DNA from: Octopus bimaculoides
Taxonomy: Eukaryota
Direction of reading: 5' to 3'
NCBI RefSeq assembly: GCF_001194135.2
Contig: NC_068984.1
Coordinates: 34,956,003-34,999,474 of the forward strand
DNA: 43,472 nucleotides
Positions within the stretch are counted from its first letter, which is position 1. Every line of letters starts with the position of its first letter. This document shows, one piece after another, positions 36,906-43,472 of this stretch. The position numbers were made by a program, and so were the translations under genes. The notes below the pieces were generated by a model, which saw only the letters and a list, made by a program, of their open reading frames with translations, was not told the DNA's origin and made no database searches.

Positions 36906-38361
36906 ATGCACGAAATAAAATAAAATGAACGAAAACATGCGAAAAGTTTCCTGCGTGTGAGTGTGTGTTTATTTGCACAAATAATCTAGGGAAAAATATG
37001 AGCTAAAGACGAATGAATTGCTTTAAGTTACAATAAAATACACAGCAGAGTAATACAAGGAAAGATGGATGTAATGATGAATGGGATTAAGAATAATGGA
37101 AGGAATGAAGAAATATTATCACAGACAAGGAGAGAAGAATAGGAGAGAATCAATGATGAATAAAATGAAAAACAATCTCTGAATGACGTGTCAAAAACAA
37201 ATGAAGACAAAATGGAAAAAGTAGGAATACATAAATGAAATGAATGACGAAGGAATAAATACATGAAGCCTTCACCGATAAGAGAAGGAACATTATTGTG
37301 GAAGTTCATGGTTTTCGACATATGTAGTGAAACTACGAATATACTCATAGAAAATATACCCTGATTGTATATATATTTCATGAATGATTAGCAATGTTCT
37401 ACTCCCATTGATTTTCATCTATGAAAGTGTGTGGCAACTATAGATTTGCACCATCGACATTGTTACTAGTGTCATCGAGATGGCTACCACCAAGATGTAG
37501 AGTTCATTTCCAGGAATCATTTGCTTTGGACCTGTACTTTATTTATCAACACTGAAATGATTAAAAGGAAACTGACGACAGTAGCACTTGAGCTGAGGGC
37601 ACAGACATCCGAAATAAATATGTCCCCTCATTGTACCCAACATGAATACGAGTTTAAATGTTGTGTAGTAAATCATGCTTGACTATATTTTGTCATGACT
37701 AGTTATTGCTATCCGAGAAGGAAACAATCTCTATTTCTGTAAAGTGAATTGTAGAACGGTATCTGCTTGATAATGGTTTCCTTATTTAATAACAACGATT
37801 TCTTTATTGCGATCTGCTAGATAATGAGATAAGATAAAAATAACTCGTTGGTATTAGAACCGATGTTTGAGATTTAATAATTTGTCACTTCACATAATAA
37901 AGGATCCGAAAACAATTGATTCTAGACATTATTCCATTTCCAGTTCATCATCGTATGAAATCTTTCTTAAGTCATCATTATTCCTCAAGTCCTGACCCAT
38001 TTTCAACAGTGGACGACATATTTAAGATTCTTTGTATAAAATATTTAATTTACTTTAACTATTTATTTTAGGATCGTTTAGCAAATGTTTGCATAAGTCT
38101 GGTGTAAGCAGTCGTGAATGTAACTGTGATCTGGGAACAAATAAGGGCGAAAGCTGTTTGATATGTACCAACAATCTTACATTTCTTAGGAGAATGAACA
38201 TGAAAATGTGAACTTTATGCATTTCCTAAAATTGGGAATCTTCTGATTAAGAAAAGTTGAAAGATTTATTTATAGATTAGTAATATAGATCAGTAATATA
38301 AATCGTATAAAAGACTCATTAAAATATACATGAAAAATACAGCTGTCACTTATTTTCCGAA

Positions 38362-38416
38362 GAGTTTGTTCAATCGATCAGTTTGTTCAATCGATGAGTT
38401 TGTTCAATCGATCAGT
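38362..38416. repeat. 17-bp tandem repeat x3
   Basis: GAGTTTGTTCAATCGAT / CAGTTTGTTCAATCGAT / GAGTTTGTTCAATCGAT / CAGT. Confidence 0.95.
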
Positions 38417-39575
38417 ATATAACTGGTATTAGTCATATAAGTACCTTCAGGAATAATGATAATTGCAATTCCAATGAGAATCGATCTCAGTAATTAGAGG
38501 GACGAAAAGAAATAATGTTCGCATTTATTCCAATGTTATAGAAATCATTCCACTTCACAACATGTAGTTTAACTGAAGGTATTTTGTCCGATGTCCTACA
38601 GCTTTTGATATCCACCTCCCACTTCATTCAATAATGAAACATATTTATTTCTATGCTTGATTTGCTGTATTTCCCACCAAACTTCCAATTTGCATCCCAT
38701 TGTCTTCTCTGTCTATGGAACGAAGATTCAATAAGCAGATTTCAAGCTGTAACAATGTAGCTTTATAACACACAGATCAATAAAATCATTGCTAATTTAC
38801 ATAACGATTCAGAGAAAGAGAACGGCCGTTCAGAAGAAAAAAGAAGAATCAGACAATATGCTTCATACTATTTAATTTCACGATTCAAGTTCTTAAGCTC
38901 AAATCCCAACATTCATTAATGATTCCTATTTTATCGATCCCTTGAGAGAATATATAATACGGACTATTGCTACTTCTAAGTCGTGGTAATCGAATGCACC
39001 CTTTTGGCACTTATATAACAAGATATTGTGTTTAAGAAACAAAATTATTATTAGCGTAAATTCTTTGTGGCAGCAGTTGAATGGCTGAGAGTAGAGAGTG
39101 CAGTAAGAGGTTAATACACTAATGTTTATTGGAATTCATTTAGTTCTTTCATGTTTTATGTATCTGTATTACAATCGCTGTAGAAACGTTGAAATTTATT
39201 GGAAGACTGATTCTTATACACAATCCGTGAATAATATACGTTTTGATGAAGATATACGAATTAAGTGTTGGAGTTTTGTGGAATCGGTAGGTTGATTTAC
39301 GATATATTATTACTCTTATATGTATATTTTAAGGAAGCTATCTGTTCTTCTCGATCATGTATAATAATCGCTGTAACTCAGTAAGATAGAAAATTATTAT
39401 GGTGGTATACCTAAAAGAGGAATGTACTCCACCAGAAGAATTTCCCACTCCAAGTATGTTCTTTAGTTGTACTGCTAAACTATGTCCGCAATGAAGCCCC
39501 AATAAAAATCACAAAAAACAACGTAATTACAAAACGCTTGCATTTTACAAAGACGAATGTAATATAATGCAACTT

Positions 39576-39624
<49 letters not shown>

Positions 39625-40239
39625 AATATATACATATATATATAAATATATATATATATATGTATGTATATGTATCTATGTGTGCGTGTGTGTGTGTGTG
39701 TGTGTGTCAAGTCCAGCCTGCAATTCAATAGTATCACAAGAACAGAAAGAACTGCTCTTTATTAGTTCTCATTGCCTTAAAACCGGGAACGATGAAGTGG
39801 AAATATTCATGAATCTTCAAGATTTTAACGAAAGTTGAAAACTTTCGACATTTGATACATCTTCAGAGTCGTAATTTTTAATTTTCTTTTCTTTGTTTTT
39901 GATTAGCTTTAGCTCACCTTTCATGAACCATATGTTGAGATACTGTATCTATACTTTATCTTAATGGTTCTTCATTTTCTAAGATAATTAATTGTGGGAA
40001 GAATGAGGTTGCAATTTTCGCATACCGCTTATACATACACACATATACATATACATACATGTATACCTATCTACCTACACGCACACATATACATATAAAC
40101 ATGCATGGGTGTGTGTGTCTCTGTGTGTTTGTATGTCTCTGAGCTTGCATCTATCTATATATATATAATGTTATTAATACAATTTATAAGGAGTATCTTT
40201 TCCCTTCACCAAAGTGGATGGAGCTTTGGTCAGGAAGAT

Positions 40240-40895
40240 TTGATGTCATCAGAGGTATCTAAGTATCAGTAGGTGTATCAACTTTCAACCGTAACACCTT
40301 CTCCTGACTGGTTAGCAGAGTTGGCAAATTCAGCGCTCATCATTTCTTCCGGCTTCCCAGCATAGCTCCACTTCCTCTCATTCGTTCTCTTCCTCTCATA
40401 CCTATAGCTGCAAACATTTTCATTACCTACCAGTCAGGGAACACCCTACACAAAACGACCGCTGGGAAAAGCCATAACTTCCTTTCCTTATCCCTGCAAT
40501 CCCACAGAAGGCTTTCCTAGTTGGCATGCTTAATTCATAGGGTTTATTACACCCTCTTTCCATCGGACTCTAAGCTCAATGATGATTATTTTCTTTCCAT
40601 TTTCAGACCAAGAAACTACGTCTGGACTCAGGGTTGTATGCACGACATTTGAAACTACAGACTGTATTTCAGGTCCATTTTCATATCCCATGATTGGGCC
40701 CCATGTGTGTTCTTAAATTGTAGGAATTTATTGAGCCTTTCTTGATTCATATCTGGTGCAATTGTTGCAAGCAACTTGTTATTGTTGCACCCTGACAAGA
40801 TGTGTGCCAGGGTACATCTTTCTCCATAAAATCTACATAGCTGGTGCTCTTTCAAATCCCCTTTTCGCATACTTATTGATATTGGGACTCTAGGC
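40240..40895 (-). mobile_element. HERO-like non-LTR retrotransposon 3' fragment (CCHC knuckle plus REL endonuclease)
   Basis: LCRFYGERCTLAHILSGC, TTLSPDVVSWSENGKKIIIIELRVRWKE (PD...E-L-x-V-x-W-E pattern) and FPAVVLCRVFP (cf. PVEVGCRGF). Stops and frameshifts present. Confidence 0.8.
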
Positions 40896-42939
40896 GAAAA
40901 ACAAAAAAAGATTGCATTTTCGAGAACTTTTGATGTAATACAACTGAAGCAATACGGCAAGAGCTTAAAGATTTTGCTGTTGTTGAAGCTGTTGGTCGTT
41001 GTTTAATCCTAATTCAGGTCTAATGAAGTATTCATCATCATTACATTGTATGTTCAGTCAATGTCACTAGCACTTCGAATCCACCACCCTATTCTATAAA
41101 GTATCGATAAAAGTTTAATCTTTCCGAAATTAAAAGACAAAGATTATGTATAAGCGTGTGCATATATGCATACGCACACACGCACAGGCACACACATACA
41201 TACATATATATATATACATATACATACACACACAGTACAATGTAGATAGGAGGTTGAAGATATTTTAAGTAATGTATTTTTGTGGAGCCAATAGCCAGAA
41301 GGTATGCTGATGTTTCTATTGAAATAAATCTTATAATTATTAAGGTGAGACAAATTAGACACGCTGTAAAATTGATTTCTTTAAGCTGACTGACAAATCT
41401 TTATAGTTAACTGGAAATATTTTACTTCAATATTGATTTACTTTTATACAATACGGCTGTTAGAAGGAGAGGACGTTGTATGTAGTCGAAGACTTCCACA
41501 TCGATATTGTACAGATACTTATAAACGCCTACAGTGGGTCAATAGGATATTTATCATCCCCATTGAAGAATTCACTTCTGTGGGAGGAACAAATTTCGAA
41601 TTACCGAAATTGTTGAGTAGCAAGTTATGCACGCATTATTTTATTTCATTTTGATATTTTATAATACCAGTTGTAATACTCCAGACGACTACACTGAGTA
41701 TTATCCTACAACCGAGTGTGAAATGGATAAATACTAGATATTTTACGTATAGCGAAATGAATACATACATATACATATNNNNNNNNNNNNNNNNNNNNNN
41801 NNNNNNNNNNNNNNNNNNNNNNNNNNNNNNNNNNNNNNNNNNNNNNNNNNNNNNNNNNNNNNNNNNNNNNNNNNNNNNNNNNNNNNNNNNNNNNNNNNNN
41901 NNNNNNNNNNNNNNNNNNNNNNNNNNNNNNNNNNNNNNNNNNNNNNNNNNNNNNNNNNNNNNNNNNNNNNNNNNNNNNNNNNNNNNNNNNNNNNNNNNNN
42001 NNNNNNNNNNNNNNNNNNNNNNNNNNNNNNNNNNNNNNNNNNNNNNNNNNNNNNNNNNNNNNNNNNNNNNNNNNNNNNNNNNNNNNNNNNNNNNNNNNNN
42101 NNNNNNNNNNNNNNNNNNNNNNNNNNNNNNNNNNNNNNNNNNNNNNNNNNNNNNNNNNNNNNNNNNNNNNNNNNNNNNNNNNNNNNNNNNNATATATGTA
42201 TATATATTTATATATATACAAGTATACAAAAATATGCATATATATATATGAATATAAAATATAAATATGTTTTTCCGTGCATATGTAGAATGTTGATTGA
42301 TTCAGATATATATTTTTTTATTAGAGGAATATCATCATTAACAACCTACATGAAAGAAAAGCAAGCTAACGGCCTATAAATACATAAAGAGTACGAAATG
42401 CAATAGTATGTCGGCCATTAGAAACACCGCTATCAATAGTAAGTAAAAAAAAAGAAGCAACAACAACTAAAATAATAAGACACGCATCATCCATAACTCT
42501 ACACAGAATTATTTTCATAAAACCTAATGACCGAACATTTTAAATTCTAGGTCGCATTGTGTTTCCTAAACACAGTTGTTTACATCTACTTTCTGTGGTT
42601 TTTAGGAAAAGAAGTTAAATTGTTTTTATGCGTATTTTTTCATAAACGGTGATGAAGCCAATATAATCCACATAGTAAAGTATGTGATTACATAGATATA
42701 ATTTATACCGACACACCTACTGTATAAATATGTATGTGTCAATGAAAGTATACACACACACACACACACACGTATGTGTGTGCTTGTGAATGTGTATGTT
42801 TGCGCACGTGCATGAAGTTCGTCTCTGTATCTTTTATTTACTTTCGTATGACTTCGCTGATACAAGCATGCTCACAGACGCATAAGCATGATCATAGACA
42901 TTCTTAATATATATACATTCATGAATACGTACACATATA

Positions 42940-43472
42940 CGTGGTGGTTGTTTACCATGCAGAGTTTGACCACTTCCTGTATCTACACCTTAGCACCATT
43001 ACGGCATCTGATGTGGCTTCTTATACCAGACCATGTTTCCGAAAAAATACCCACATAGATTGCACCTCCGAGTTTGACCACCAACAGCTGCAGAAAAGTT
43101 CTGCTCTTTGTGGATCTTGAAATGTCTCTTGAGGCCTCCGTTGGATTTGCAAATCTGGCATACACTGCATTCAAAGGTGTTCACAGACACATAGGCAGAC
43201 TAGTCGCTGGAGGTTTGTTTTCCATGCCTTCGCAGATGAGATTTGAGGCCAGCAAAAGGCAGGCATGGTCTGTCACAGACTGTGCACACAAAAAGGTCAT
43301 TGTCATTCACCTTCTCGATCGTTAAATTCTTCCTTAGATCTCTTTTGAGTCTTACTTGTGTTATCCAGGCCTCTTCAAATGCTTTCACTCCACTCGACAC
43401 TTTTGTTCGCTATACAACTCGATCCGAATCAAGGGTTTCTATATCTTCTGGAACCATTCCCAGCGACTTCAT
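42940..43472 (-). mobile_element. RTE-clade LINE 3' end with three C2H2 zinc fingers (continues beyond window)
   Basis: MKSLGMVPEDIETLDSDRVV*RTKVSSGVKAFEE resembles the RTE C-terminal motif. It is followed by CTVCDRPCLPFAGLKSHLRRH, CSVCQICKSNGGLKRHFKIH and a frameshifted third finger CNLCG...GIRSHIRC. Simple-repeat tail follows. Confidence 0.85.

Noticed and set aside
3846-42251. Most ORFs in the six-frame track (poly-X, HT/YI/CV/LS repeats, Ile/Leu/Phe-rich frames)
   Set aside because: They arise from N-gaps, microsatellites or AT-rich codon bias, with no protein family signal.
1-43472. CRISPR arrays, rRNA, prokaryotic operons or horizontally acquired bacterial DNA
   Set aside because: No repeat-spacer array, no rRNA motifs and no long ORFs. 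Composition is uniformly eukaryotic non-coding.

Overview
Strongly AT-rich animal genomic DNA from a gapped short-read scaffold, with ten N-gaps mostly flanked by microsatellites. The SINE families resemble those I recall from octopus genomes, so a cephalopod source is likely (inference). No host protein-coding gene could be confidently identified, and nearly all listed ORFs are microsatellite or gap artefacts. Recognisable content is decayed mobile DNA: two Penelope-like element (PLE) insertions with inverted terminal repeats and target-site duplications, a Mag-like Ty3/Gypsy remnant, three Tc1/mariner remnants, a HERO-type REL-endonuclease retrotransposon 3' fragment, the 3' end of an RTE LINE with three C2H2 fingers, and many tRNA-derived SINEs. 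The best lead is the PLE terminal region, which reads GIY-YIG C-terminus, tRNA-like A/B-box head, (AAT)n, minimal hammerhead ribozyme, ~30-nt tail, with no TTTT Pol III terminator in the sequenced part. One inverted arm begins within about 3 nt of the predicted ribozyme cleavage site.
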